Below, piece by piece: positions 39,509 to 48,944 of a stretch of DNA of 64,000 bases. Origin of the DNA: Clostridia bacterium. Lineage in GTDB: Bacteria > Bacillota > Clostridia > Oscillospirales > Acutalibacteraceae. The position numbers and the translations under genes were made by a program. A model generated the notes under the pieces. The model made no database searches and was not told the DNA's origin. It was given only the letters and a program-made list of their open reading frames with translations. The DNA lies in contig JAFQSP010000008.1 in the NCBI GenBank assembly GCA_017409475.1, positions 51,650-115,649 on the forward strand, in the 5' to 3' direction. Within the stretch, counting starts at the first letter, position 1. Each line of letters opens with the position of its first letter.

Positions 39509-40951
39509 ATGAAATTAAGTGATTTTATAAAATCGGTACCGAATGAATTTGCTAATATCGAGCTTAACGGTATAACCAACGATTCGCGTAATGTAAAGAG
39601 CGGATACGCCTTTGTTTGTATTGTCGGAAGCGCTTCGGATGGCCATGATTATGCCGAAAAAGCATTACAAAACGGTGCATCTGTAATAATTGCCGAACGT
39701 GATATTGGTATCAAAAATCAGGTGATAGTTGCCGATACTCATCGGGCGTATGCCGATGGTTGTGCTGCGCTTTTTGGCAATCCGGCCGACAAATTGAAGC
39801 TAATTGGTATAACAGGCACAAACGGAAAGACAACCGTAACCTATCTTGTAAAATCGGTGCTCGAACAGCTTGGAAAAAAGGTCGGCTTAATCGGGACAAT
39901 TAAGAATATGATTGGTGACGAAGAGATTGAAGCGAAGAACACCACACCCGAACCATACGAGCTTCACGGGCTTTTTAAACGAATGGTGGACAGTGGTTGC
40001 GAATACTGTGTGATGGAGGTGTCCTCTCACGCTCTTGACCAAAAACGAGTTTACGGCTTGCATTTTGCAGTAGCAGGATTCACAAACATTTCTCAGGACC
40101 ATCTTGACTATCACGGAACAATGGAAAATTACGTTTGCGCAAAGAAAAAACTCTTTGAAATGTGCGACTGCGGCGTTTTTAATGCCGATGACGAATGCGC
40201 CGATATGCTTATGGAAAATATCCCGTGCAAAAAGGTGACCTATTCGGTTAATAACAATGTGTCCGATTATATCGCAAAGGGCGTTGTTTGCCATTCCGAC
40301 GGAGTGGTGTTTGAGCTTATCGGCGATAGTGTAATTAACCGCATAAAATTAAAAACACCCGGGAAATTCTCGGTTTATAACGGGCTTTGTGCCGCGTCAA
40401 TGGTAATGTCGCTCGGCTTTAGCTTCGAAAGTGTAACTGCCGCACTCAGCAGGTCAACTGCTGTAAAGGGAAGAGCAGAGGTAGTGCCGACAGACAGAGA
40501 TTTTACCGTAATAATCGACTATGCGCATACTCCCGACGGAATTGAAAACATCCTCTCTACAATGCGCGAAATTAAAAAAGGACGGCTTGTAGCGCTGTTT
40601 GGCTGCGGCGGTGACAGAGATAGAACAAAGCGACCGCTTATGGCGGCAGCAACTGCTAAGCTTGCCGATTTTGTGATAATTACGAGTGATAACCCTCGTT
40701 CAGAAAAGCCCGAAAGCATAATTGATGATATCGTAGTCGGTATGGATGGCTTTAATGTACCCTACGAGGTTATTGTTAACCGTGCCGATGCAATAAACTG
40801 GGCTATTAAAAATGCAAAAACCGATGATCTAATTGTTCTCATGGGTAAGGGTCACGAAACCTATCAAATTCTTGCCGATAAAACAATTCATTTTGATGAA
40901 CGTGAAGTAGTAGCAGAGGCTTTATTTTCACTCGACAGTATCGGCGAATAA
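39509..40951 (+). CDS. murE: UDP-MurNAc-L-Ala-D-Glu:meso-diaminopimelate ligase
   Basis: GITGTNGKTT P-loop and the DNPR motif (TSDNPRSE) characteristic of DAP-adding MurE. Confidence 0.92.
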   Translation: MKLSDFIKSVPNEFANIELNGITNDSRNVKSGYAFVCIVGSASDGHDYAEKALQNGASVIIAERDIGIKNQVIVADTHRAYADGCAALFGNPADKLKLIGITGTNGKTTVTYLVKSVLEQLGKKVGLIGTIKNMIGDEEIEAKNTTPEPYELHGLFKRMVDSGCEYCVMEVSSHALDQKRVYGLHFAVAGFTNISQDHLDYHGTMENYVCAKKKLFEMCDCGVFNADDECADMLMENIPCKKVTYSVNNNVSDYIAKGVVCHSDGVVFELIGDSVINRIKLKTPGKFSVYNGLCAASMVMSLGFSFESVTAALSRSTAVKGRAEVVPTDRDFTVIIDYAHTPDGIENILSTMREIKKGRLVALFGCGGDRDRTKRPLMAAATAKLADFVIITSDNPRSEKPESIIDDIVVGMDGFNVPYEVIVNRADAINWAIKNAKTDDLIVLMGKGHETYQILADKTIHFDEREVVAEALFSLDSIGE

Positions 40952-40970
40952 AAATCAAGAGGTGTATTAA

Positions 40971-41999
40971 ATGTTTGGAGTTTTAACAGCGATTGCGGCA
41001 ATAATAGCATTTGCGGCAACCTTTTTTCTCGGTTATGTGATAATTCCGCTTATGCATAAGCTGAAATACGGTCAGACAATACTTGATATTGGACCAAAGT
41101 GGCATAAAAACAAGCAGGGAACCCCAACAATGGGCGGAATAATGTTCATTATCGGAATTTGCCTTGCTCTCTTATCTACTATGCCGCTTATAAATCTTCT
41201 CGGCAGTGACAGAATGATTGCTCAGCTTGGCAATGCCTATTATTTAACCTCCTTCATTTCGGCAATTGCTCTTGCGCTTTCAATGTCGGCAATAGGTTTT
41301 ATCGACGATTATATAAAGGTTGTTAAAAAGCGCAATTTAGGACTTACCGCAAAACAAAAAACATTTTTACAGCTCTTTGTTTGTGCAGCATATCTTACAT
41401 CGATGTACCTCGGCGGAATGACCTTTACACGAATTCCGTTTATAGGTACGGTTGATATTACAAGCGGAATAGGACTTCTTTTCTGGCCGATAGCTCTTGT
41501 ATTTATTTACGGATTTACAAATGCGGTTAATCTAACCGATGGAGTTGATGGACTTGCATCGTCGGTAACCATCGTTGCGGCAATATTCTTTGCTGTTATA
41601 TCGGTGTTATCAAGTGTGAATAATGCGCTTTGTGGCTATCTTTCGGTTGTTTTTGCTGCAGCTCTTTTTGGCTTCCTTATCTGGAATAAGCATCCGGCAA
41701 AGGTGTTTATGGGCGATACCGGCTCAATGTTCCTCGGCGGAATGGTTGTAGGACTTATATTCATGCTCGAATATCCAATTTTACTTATGCTTATCGGTAT
41801 TGTTTATCTTTGCGAAGCTATGAGCGTTGTTATCCAGGTAGCATATTTTAAGAAAACAAAAAAGCGCCTTTTCAAAATGAGCCCGATTCATCACCATTAT
41901 GAATTAAGCGGCTGGGGCGAAGTAAAAATAGATTTAATCTTTTCATTAGTCGGAGCAATCGGCGGACTTGTTTCAATGGCTCTGATAGTCTTTGGCTAA
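40971..41999 (+). CDS. mraY: Phospho-N-acetylmuramoyl-pentapeptide transferase
   Basis: 10-TM protein with NAVNLTDGVDGLA and FMGDTGS motifs. Confidence 0.94.
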   Translation: MFGVLTAIAAIIAFAATFFLGYVIIPLMHKLKYGQTILDIGPKWHKNKQGTPTMGGIMFIIGICLALLSTMPLINLLGSDRMIAQLGNAYYLTSFISAIALALSMSAIGFIDDYIKVVKKRNLGLTAKQKTFLQLFVCAAYLTSMYLGGMTFTRIPFIGTVDITSGIGLLFWPIALVFIYGFTNAVNLTDGVDGLASSVTIVAAIFFAVISVLSSVNNALCGYLSVVFAAALFGFLIWNKHPAKVFMGDTGSMFLGGMVVGLIFMLEYPILLMLIGIVYLCEAMSVVIQVAYFKKTKKRLFKMSPIHHHYELSGWGEVKIDLIFSLVGAIGGLVSMALIVFG

Positions 42000-42036
42000 T
42001 AAAAAAACAGCGAAATCAATTTAAGCGGGTGAAAAA

Positions 42037-43293
42037 ATGACACATAATTATGATTTTGATAGCTTTATGGGTAATTCAAAAAGGGAAGAAACTACTCAAA
42101 AGCCTGATACATCAAATAATCATAAACCAGCTGATACCATTAGTCGCAGAAGCGTAAAAAGCGGCTCTAATATCGGCTTGTGGCAAAAAGGGAAGATAGA
42201 TATATCCTTCCTTTCTCTTATACTGATTTTAATGTCGGTGGGACTGATTTGTCTTTTTTCATCGAGCTATGCGTTTGCTCTTTCTAATTACAATGACTCA
42301 TATCATTTTATAAAAAAGCAGGCGATATTTACCGTTATCGGAATTGGCGCTATGATCTTCGCGTCAAAGGTTAATTATCATATATATAGGCGGTTCGCTT
42401 GGGTAATTTACTTTGCAACTATTGCGATGCTGATAATAGTATTGATTTTGCCGCCAATGAGCGAGGACCTGAATTTCCATAGATGGCTATATATTGGTTC
42501 ATTTAGTTTTCAGCCGTCTGAATTAGCAAAGTTTTCAATTGTACTCCTTTTTGCTCATTTGATTTCAAAATACTACAATACACGAATGAAGACGTTTAAG
42601 TTCGGTGTGTTACAGCTTGGCGGACTTCTTGCTGTGTTTTGCATTTTAGTTGTTGTCGAAACCCACCTTTCCGCAACGTTACTTATCTTTTCAATCGGCG
42701 CGTCATTAATGGTTATCGGCGGAATTAAGCTTAGATACGTTTTTGGAGCTATTGGCGTCGCGGTTACAGGTGCGATAACGGCTGTATTAACCGGACTTGT
42801 CGGCTACGGAAACGACCGAATTACTTCGTGGCTTGACCCGTGGTCTGATGAAAGAGGAGTAGGCTGGCAGATTATTCAGTCGCTCATTTCAATCGGTAGT
42901 GGCGGATTTTTTGGCCGTGGAATAGGCGAGTCGAGACAGAAATATTTATGGGTACCTGAACCGCATAACGATTTTATTTTTGCAATCACCTGTGAGGAGC
43001 TCGGCTTTGTCGGTGCAATTGTAATAATTGGCTTGTTTATAGCTCTTGTGTGGCGTGGCTTTATAATTGCTATGAGAGCGCCCGATAAGTTTGGCGCATT
43101 AATGGCAATCGGTCTTACTTTACAGGTCGGCTTACAAGCGGCGCTTAATATTATGGTAGTTACAAATACTATTCCGAATACAGGCATCAGCCTTCCTTTT
43201 TTCAGCTATGGCGGAACAGCGCTCGTAATGCTTTTGGCTCAAATGGGGATAGTTTTATCAATTTCACGAGCAAGCTCGGTGACTAAGGTATAA
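42037..43293 (+). CDS. ftsW: SEDS-family peptidoglycan polymerase FtsW/SpoVE
   Basis: SEDS motifs (FQPSELAK, PEPHNDFIF, LPFFSYGG) and dcw position. It carries a roughly 55-aa hydrophilic N-terminal extension. Confidence 0.88.
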   Translation: MTHNYDFDSFMGNSKREETTQKPDTSNNHKPADTISRRSVKSGSNIGLWQKGKIDISFLSLILILMSVGLICLFSSSYAFALSNYNDSYHFIKKQAIFTVIGIGAMIFASKVNYHIYRRFAWVIYFATIAMLIIVLILPPMSEDLNFHRWLYIGSFSFQPSELAKFSIVLLFAHLISKYYNTRMKTFKFGVLQLGGLLAVFCILVVVETHLSATLLIFSIGASLMVIGGIKLRYVFGAIGVAVTGAITAVLTGLVGYGNDRITSWLDPWSDERGVGWQIIQSLISIGSGGFFGRGIGESRQKYLWVPEPHNDFIFAITCEELGFVGAIVIIGLFIALVWRGFIIAMRAPDKFGALMAIGLTLQVGLQAALNIMVVTNTIPNTGISLPFFSYGGTALVMLLAQMGIVLSISRASSVTKV

Positions 43294-43305
43294 GAGGGGA
43301 TATAA

Positions 43306-44430
43306 ATGAAGGTATTATTTGCAGGTGGCGGTACGGCAGGGCATATTAACCCTGCTATTGCTGTCGCCGGATATATAAAGGAAAAGCAACCCGATGCGGA
43401 GCTTTGCTATATCGGCAAAAAGGGCGGAATGGAAGCTCGTCTTGTACCAAATGCGGGAATTGAGTTTCATTCGATTGACGTTGAGGGTTTTCAGCGTAAA
43501 ATCAGCTTCGCTAATATAAAGCGCAATATTTCGGCGCTTTCGAAGCTTGCTATGGCATCGCATAACGCAAAAAAATTACTTCTTGAACTTAAGCCCGACG
43601 TTGTAATGGGAACCGGCGGATATGTTAGCGGACCTGTTCTTCGTCAGGCGGCAAAGCTTGGTATAAAATGCTGTATTCATGAACAGAATGCCTTTGCCGG
43701 AGTTGCTAATAAAATGCTGGCGCCAAAAATGGACGCAGTTATGCTTGCAATGCCTGAGGCTGAAAAATACTTTGATTGCAAGAAAAAGCCGATTGTTACC
43801 GGAAACCCGGTCAGAACCTCGGTTATTGAAATGGATAAAGAAACGGCACGTAAAATGCTTAATCTCGATGACCGACCGATGATACTTTCCTTTGGCGGTT
43901 CGCTCGGTGCCCGTCGAATTAACGAAACGGTTGCCGACGTAATGAAATGGCACTGGAAAAGCGGCGAAATTGTTCATTATCACGCAACGGGCAAGTTCGG
44001 CACCGAGCTTATGCCTCGCCTTTTGAATGAAAAGGGTGTCGATATGAATGCCGAAAATATTCGAGTTACCGAATATATCGATAATATGGATGTGCTTCTT
44101 GCGGCAGCCGACCTTGTAATTTGCCGTTCGGGCGCAATTACAATCAGCGAACTCGCAATTCAGGGTAAGCCGGCCGTTCTCATTCCTTCACCGAACGTAG
44201 CCGAAAATCATCAGTATCATAATGCAATGACACTTGTTTCAAAGGGTGCCGCCGCAATTATTGAAGAAAAAGATTTAACCGGTGAAAAGCTTACCGAGGT
44301 TGTAAGTGGACTCATTACTGATAATGAAAAGCTCGGTTTAATGAGCAAAAATGCAAAAAAGTGCGCCATTGTTGACACAAACGAGCGCATATATAAGGTT
44401 ATTACCGACCTGTATTCATCAATAAAGTAG
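43306..44430 (+). CDS. murG: UDP-GlcNAc:lipid I N-acetylglucosaminyltransferase
   Basis: GGGTAGHINPA N-terminal motif and a C-terminal GAITISEL region. Confidence 0.93.
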   Translation: MKVLFAGGGTAGHINPAIAVAGYIKEKQPDAELCYIGKKGGMEARLVPNAGIEFHSIDVEGFQRKISFANIKRNISALSKLAMASHNAKKLLLELKPDVVMGTGGYVSGPVLRQAAKLGIKCCIHEQNAFAGVANKMLAPKMDAVMLAMPEAEKYFDCKKKPIVTGNPVRTSVIEMDKETARKMLNLDDRPMILSFGGSLGARRINETVADVMKWHWKSGEIVHYHATGKFGTELMPRLLNEKGVDMNAENIRVTEYIDNMDVLLAAADLVICRSGAITISELAIQGKPAVLIPSPNVAENHQYHNAMTLVSKGAAAIIEEKDLTGEKLTEVVSGLITDNEKLGLMSKNAKKCAIVDTNERIYKVITDLYSSIK

Positions 44431-44488
44431 CACTTTAAAATTTATCGCATAAACTGGCTGTGAATGACAGTTAAGGGAGTGCGATAAA

Positions 44489-45742
44489 GTGACTGAGTAT
44501 CATATAAAGGGAAATAATGCCTTATTCGGCGAATTAAAATTGCAAGGGTCAAAAAATGCGTCTCTGCCGATTTTAGCGGCAACGCTATTAACAGGCTCGC
44601 GCTCGGTTATACATAATTGCCCCGATTTAAGCGACGTACGTCAAAGCATAAATATACTTTCATCATTGGGTTGTGAATGCAGCTTCGAAAATAATACGGC
44701 TATAATTGATTCAAGTAACGCCGACGGCGTAATGATTGATGATGAGCTTATGACATCGATGCGCTCGTCAATTATTTATCTCGGCGCTATTTTAGCTCGA
44801 AATAATAGGGCGGTTTTATCCTATCCCGGTGGCTGTGAGTTAGGCCCTCGACCTATTGATTTGCATCTTTCGGCGATAAGAAGGATGGGAGCCGAAATCG
44901 ATGATACAAGAGGGCATATTGAATGTTCGGCAGGTAACGGGCTAACGGGATGCGAAATTGTATTACCCATAGCGTCGGTTGGCGCAACCGAAAATATTAT
45001 CCTTGCTGCTTCATTGGCAAAGGGTAGAACAATAATAAGAAATGCAGCAAAAGAGCCCGAAATTGTTGATCTCGCAAGCTTTTTAAATAGCTGTGGCGCA
45101 GAAATCAGCGGAGCCGGTGAGGTAACCGTTATAATTGACGGCGTAAAAAATCTTCATGGTACTGAATATTCAGTGCAGCCCGATAGAATTGCCGCCGCAA
45201 CATATCTTTGTGCAGCTGCAGCAACCGGCGGAAATATAAGAGTCAATGATGTGGTTTCGTCCCATTTGCTACCTGTTTTAGAATATTATTCTAATGCCGG
45301 TTGCAAAATGAATATATGCGAATCGAGTATTGAGCTTTCAGCGCCAAAAAGGTTAATGCCTGTCGGAGTAATAAAAACACGCGAATATCCAGGGTTTCCA
45401 ACCGATGCCCAGCCGCTGTTTCTTGCCATGTCATCGGTTTCAAAGGGAACATCGATTTTTGAAGAAAACATATTTAATTCGCGATACAGATATGTTGACG
45501 GACTGAATAAACTTGGTGCTAATATTTCTGTTCACGATTCGGTTGCTGTTGTAAAGGGAACGGACACTCTTTACGGAGCAAAGGTAGAGGTAACTGATTT
45601 GCGAGGTGGAGCCGCGCTGATTATCGGTGGGCTTTGCGCTCAGGGTGAAACAGTAGTTTGCGATTCGGGACATATTTCACGCGGATATGAAAAAATTTCA
45701 GAGAATTTGAATGATTTAGGAGCAGAAATCACGAGGTACTGA
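44489..45742 (+). CDS. murA: UDP-N-acetylglucosamine 1-carboxyvinyltransferase
   Basis: GSKNASLPILAA and the active-site Cys loop PGGCELGPRPIDLH. GTG start 7 nt after AAGGGAGTG. Confidence 0.93.
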   Translation: MTEYHIKGNNALFGELKLQGSKNASLPILAATLLTGSRSVIHNCPDLSDVRQSINILSSLGCECSFENNTAIIDSSNADGVMIDDELMTSMRSSIIYLGAILARNNRAVLSYPGGCELGPRPIDLHLSAIRRMGAEIDDTRGHIECSAGNGLTGCEIVLPIASVGATENIILAASLAKGRTIIRNAAKEPEIVDLASFLNSCGAEISGAGEVTVIIDGVKNLHGTEYSVQPDRIAAATYLCAAAATGGNIRVNDVVSSHLLPVLEYYSNAGCKMNICESSIELSAPKRLMPVGVIKTREYPGFPTDAQPLFLAMSSVSKGTSIFEENIFNSRYRYVDGLNKLGANISVHDSVAVVKGTDTLYGAKVEVTDLRGGAALIIGGLCAQGETVVCDSGHISRGYEKISENLNDLGAEITRY

Positions 45743-45743
45743 T

Positions 45744-46604
45744 ATGAACGAAAGACCTAAAACAAACGTTAGAAAAAAACAGGTAAAGAATAAATCAAGG
45801 CGTAATAGAAACGGTTCAAATCTCCTCATTTACGCCTTTTTAACCATAACTCTTGTTTCGTTAATGGTAGTTTTATCATTGACGGTGTTTTTTAAAGCAT
45901 CGGAAATTACCGTTGTTGGTGCAAGCGAAAGGTATTCAAAAGAGGATATTATTTCAGCTGCAGGTGTAAATATCGGTGACAATCTTTTCTTAACCGACAC
46001 CGATTTAGTTGAAAATAATATTGAAGAAAAACTTCCGTATATCGAAAAGGCAGAGCTGAGTAAGAAATTTCCGTTAACCTTTAAAATTACAGTAAAGGAA
46101 ACAAAGCCTGACAGAATATATAATCTTGGTAATAACATGTACGCTCTTTGTAAGGGTGAAAAGGTGCTTGAAATTACTGATGAATACTTCCATAATTATG
46201 CTTATTATGATATACCCGTTAAGGAAGTAAAAGCAGGAAAGAAAATTGGAATAGATAAAGAAATATCAGAAACATATAACGAGCTTATAGAAGCTATTGA
46301 TAAAAGTAAGATTGAAAATATTACGGTAATTAGTTTTAAGAAAAAGGTTGATATAAAGCTGGTTTATGATAATCAGCTGATTCTTAAACTTGGTACAACC
46401 GAAAATATAAATGATAAGCTCATTACCGCTATAAAGGTTATTGAACGCGTAAAGGCAAAACACGGCGATGATGTAGAGGGCAGTATTAATTTAAAATATC
46501 TTGTTGAGGACAATATTGAAACTTATTTCACACAGGAATCAATTCTTGATTTTGATATTATACCCGAAGTATATACCGATGGCGAAAAGTCTGAGTTTGA
46601 TTAA
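45744..46604 (+). CDS. ftsQ: FtsQ/DivIB-type cell-division protein (POTRA domain)
   Basis: Basic cytoplasmic tail, single TM, a POTRA-like segment (ITVVGASERYSKEDIISAAGV..GDNLF), and position before ftsZ. Confidence 0.8.
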   Translation: MNERPKTNVRKKQVKNKSRRNRNGSNLLIYAFLTITLVSLMVVLSLTVFFKASEITVVGASERYSKEDIISAAGVNIGDNLFLTDTDLVENNIEEKLPYIEKAELSKKFPLTFKITVKETKPDRIYNLGNNMYALCKGEKVLEITDEYFHNYAYYDIPVKEVKAGKKIGIDKEISETYNELIEAIDKSKIENITVISFKKKVDIKLVYDNQLILKLGTTENINDKLITAIKVIERVKAKHGDDVEGSINLKYLVEDNIETYFTQESILDFDIIPEVYTDGEKSEFD

Positions 46605-46605
46605 T

Positions 46606-46647
46606 ATGAACTTTTAACAATGTTTTAAAAACTTGTTAAAAGTTCAT
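46606..46647 (+). repeat. Perfect 15-bp inverted repeat immediately after the ftsQ stop
   Basis: ATGAACTTTTAACAA (46606-46620) and TTGTTAAAAGTTCAT (46633-46647) are exact reverse complements with a 12-nt loop and no T-run. Confidence 0.7.
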
Positions 46648-46656
46648 TAGAACCTT
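46640..46656. repeat. Palindromic 17-mer AAGTTCATTAGAACCTT, copy 1 (upstream of the ftsZ promoter)
   Basis: Core GTTC-N4-GAAC. It matches copy 2 at 16 of 17 positions. Confidence 0.7.
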
Positions 46657-46736
46657 AAATTTAGCAAATATTGATAAAATAAGGGGAAAACGGGCTGAAA
46701 AGCGTCAAAAAAACCTCAATATTTTAAATTATTGTG

Positions 46737-46765
46737 TTGAATTTAATTTTAATGTATGGTATCAT
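46737..46765 (+). promoter_or_regulatory. SigA-type promoter of ftsZ
   Basis: TTGAAT (46737-46742), 17 nt, TATCAT (46760-46765) preceded by an extended -10 TG. Confidence 0.5.
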
Positions 46766-46795
46766 ATATGTAAATGTGACAGTATTATGTTACAT

Positions 46796-46812
46796 AAGTT
46801 CGTTAGAACCTT
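46796..46812. repeat. Palindromic 17-mer AAGTTCGTTAGAACCTT, copy 2 (in the ftsZ leader)
   Basis: Lies 156 bp downstream of copy 1 and about 30 nt after the -10 box. Confidence 0.7.
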
Positions 46813-46860
46813 TTAAAAAATCAAAGAATATATATTAAAAAAACGGGAGGACAAATTACT

Positions 46861-47922
46861 ATGCCTTTTGAAATTGCAAACGAATTAGAAGATGTTGTTC
46901 AGATTAAAGTTGTAGGTGTCGGTGGCGGCGGCGGAAACGCGGTAAACCGCATGGTTGATGCCGGTGTTCAGGGTGTTGAATTTATCGCGGTTAATACCGA
47001 TGCAGCAGCACTCCTTTTATCAAAAGCTACACATAAGATTCAGATTGGCGAAAAGTCAACTCGCGGTCATGGCGCAGGTGCTAAGCCCGAAGTTGGACTT
47101 AAAGCAGCCGAGGAATCACGTGACGAAATCACAGCAGCACTCAAAGGTACCGATATGGTATTTATTACTGCCGGTATGGGCGGCGGTACAGGTACAGGTG
47201 CAGCTCCTATTGTTGCCGAAATCGCTAAGGAGCTTGGTATTCTTACCGTTGGTATCGTAACAAAGCCCTTCGGCTTCGAAGGTAAGCTCCGCATGGAACA
47301 GGCTGAAAAGGGAATAGCCGCTCTTGCTGAGCATGTTGATAGCCTTATCGTTATCCCTAACGAAAGACTTAAGTTTGTATCAGAAGAAAAGATTACACTT
47401 AAAAATGCATTTATCATTGCCGATGACGTTCTCCGTCAGGGTGTTCAGAGCGTTTCCGAGCTTGTTAGCCTCCCTGCTTACATTAACCTTGACTTTGCCG
47501 ACGTTACCGCAGTAATGAAGGATTCCGGCTACGCTCACATGGGCGTTGGCTCAGCAACCGGTCGTGACAAGGCTGAGGCTTGTGCAAAGACCGCTATCTC
47601 GAGCCCGCTTATCGAAACCGATATGAAGGGCGCTCGTGGCGTTATCATCAACATCACAGCTTCTGAGGACATCGGACTCGAGGATGTTGAGCTTGCTTCA
47701 TCAATTGTTGCTCAGACCGCTCACGAAGAAGCAAATATTATTTGGGGTGTATCACTCGATCCCAACCTCAATGATGAAATGAGAATGACAGTTATCGCTA
47801 CCAATTTCGGCAATATCAAGGCCGGCTATGGTAAGAATGATGACCTTTTCAAAATGCTCGATACCACAAGTGAACAGGATGACGGTGATTTTACCGACAT
47901 TATGAGCATGTTTAATAAATAA
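46861..47922 (+). CDS. ftsZ: Cell-division GTPase FtsZ
   Basis: Tubulin signature [17 protein letters not shown], a C-terminal [11 protein letters not shown] tail peptide, and a strong GGGAGG RBS. Confidence 0.96.
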   Translation: MPFEIANELEDVVQIKVVGVGGGGGNAVNRMVDAGVQGVEFIAVNTDAAALLLSKATHKIQIGEKSTRGHGAGAKPEVGLKAAEESRDEITAALKGTDMVFITAGMGGGTGTGAAPIVAEIAKELGILTVGIVTKPFGFEGKLRMEQAEKGIAALAEHVDSLIVIPNERLKFVSEEKITLKNAFIIADDVLRQGVQSVSELVSLPAYINLDFADVTAVMKDSGYAHMGVGSATGRDKAEACAKTAISSPLIETDMKGARGVIINITASEDIGLEDVELASSIVAQTAHEEANIIWGVSLDPNLNDEMRMTVIATNFGNIKAGYGKNDDLFKMLDTTSEQDDGDFTDIMSMFNK

Positions 47923-48008
47923 ATTTAATTAAACATAAATCAACAAAAGACCACAAACTTATTTTGCGGTCTTTTGTTTTGCGTATTGGATAAAGGAGCG
48001 ACAAAACA

Positions 48009-48929
48009 ATGAACTGGACCGAAATAAAAATTTCTGTTTCGTGCGCAGAGGTTGAAAAGGCAGCAGCGATAGCGAATATGACGGTTCCTTATGGAATTTA
48101 TATTGAGGATTATTCCGATTTAGAGCCGATGGCTAAGGAAATTGCACACATTGACCTTATTGACGAGGGTTTGATAAATAAAGATAGGGAAAAGGCAATT
48201 ATCCACATTTATATTAGCGAAGAGGATAATCCTAATGAGGCAATTTCGTATCTTTCCGAGCGGTTTACAGCCGAGGAAATATCGCATATAATTGATAGTA
48301 GCTTAGTTGCTGAAACTGATTGGGCAGAGAATTGGAAAAAGTACTTTAAGCCGGTCGAAATAGGAAATCGACTTGCCGTTTGTCCAACCTGGGAAAAATA
48401 CGATAATAAGGATAACCGTACTGTGCTTTCAATCGACCCCGGAGCCGCTTTCGGTACAGGCACCCATGATACCACAAAATTATGCTTAACCGTTCTCGAC
48501 AGCGTGATTTTGGGCGGCGAGACACTCCTTGATATAGGTTGCGGAAGCGGTATACTCGCAATATCGTCGGTCATTCTCGGAACAAGTTATGCCGACGGAG
48601 TTGATATTGACGCTATGGCTGTACGAGTAGCTGCCGAAAATGCTGAAATAAACGGCGTCGAGGATAAAACAAATTTCATTTGTGGCGACTTAACTGAAAA
48701 AATTAGTGGAAAGTATGATATAATATGTGCTAATATAGTAGCTGATGTAATAATTCAGTTATGCAAAAATGTTACGAACTTTATGGTTGATGACGGAATT
48801 TTTGTCTGCTCGGGAATTGTTGATATTCGTGAAAACGAGGTTGCCGAAGCAATAAAGGCCAACGGAATGAAAATTATAGCCCGTCATACAAGTGGTGGCT
48901 GGGTTGCATTTGTAGCCGAGCGAAATTGA
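48009..48929 (+). CDS. prmA: Ribosomal protein L11 methyltransferase
   Basis: IDPGAAFGTGTHDTT and the DIGCGSGILAI SAM motif. Confidence 0.92.
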   Translation: MNWTEIKISVSCAEVEKAAAIANMTVPYGIYIEDYSDLEPMAKEIAHIDLIDEGLINKDREKAIIHIYISEEDNPNEAISYLSERFTAEEISHIIDSSLVAETDWAENWKKYFKPVEIGNRLAVCPTWEKYDNKDNRTVLSIDPGAAFGTGTHDTTKLCLTVLDSVILGGETLLDIGCGSGILAISSVILGTSYADGVDIDAMAVRVAAENAEINGVEDKTNFICGDLTEKISGKYDIICANIVADVIIQLCKNVTNFMVDDGIFVCSGIVDIRENEVAEAIKANGMKIIARHTSGGWVAFVAERN

Positions 48930-48944
48930 ACGGAGGTTTCATAG

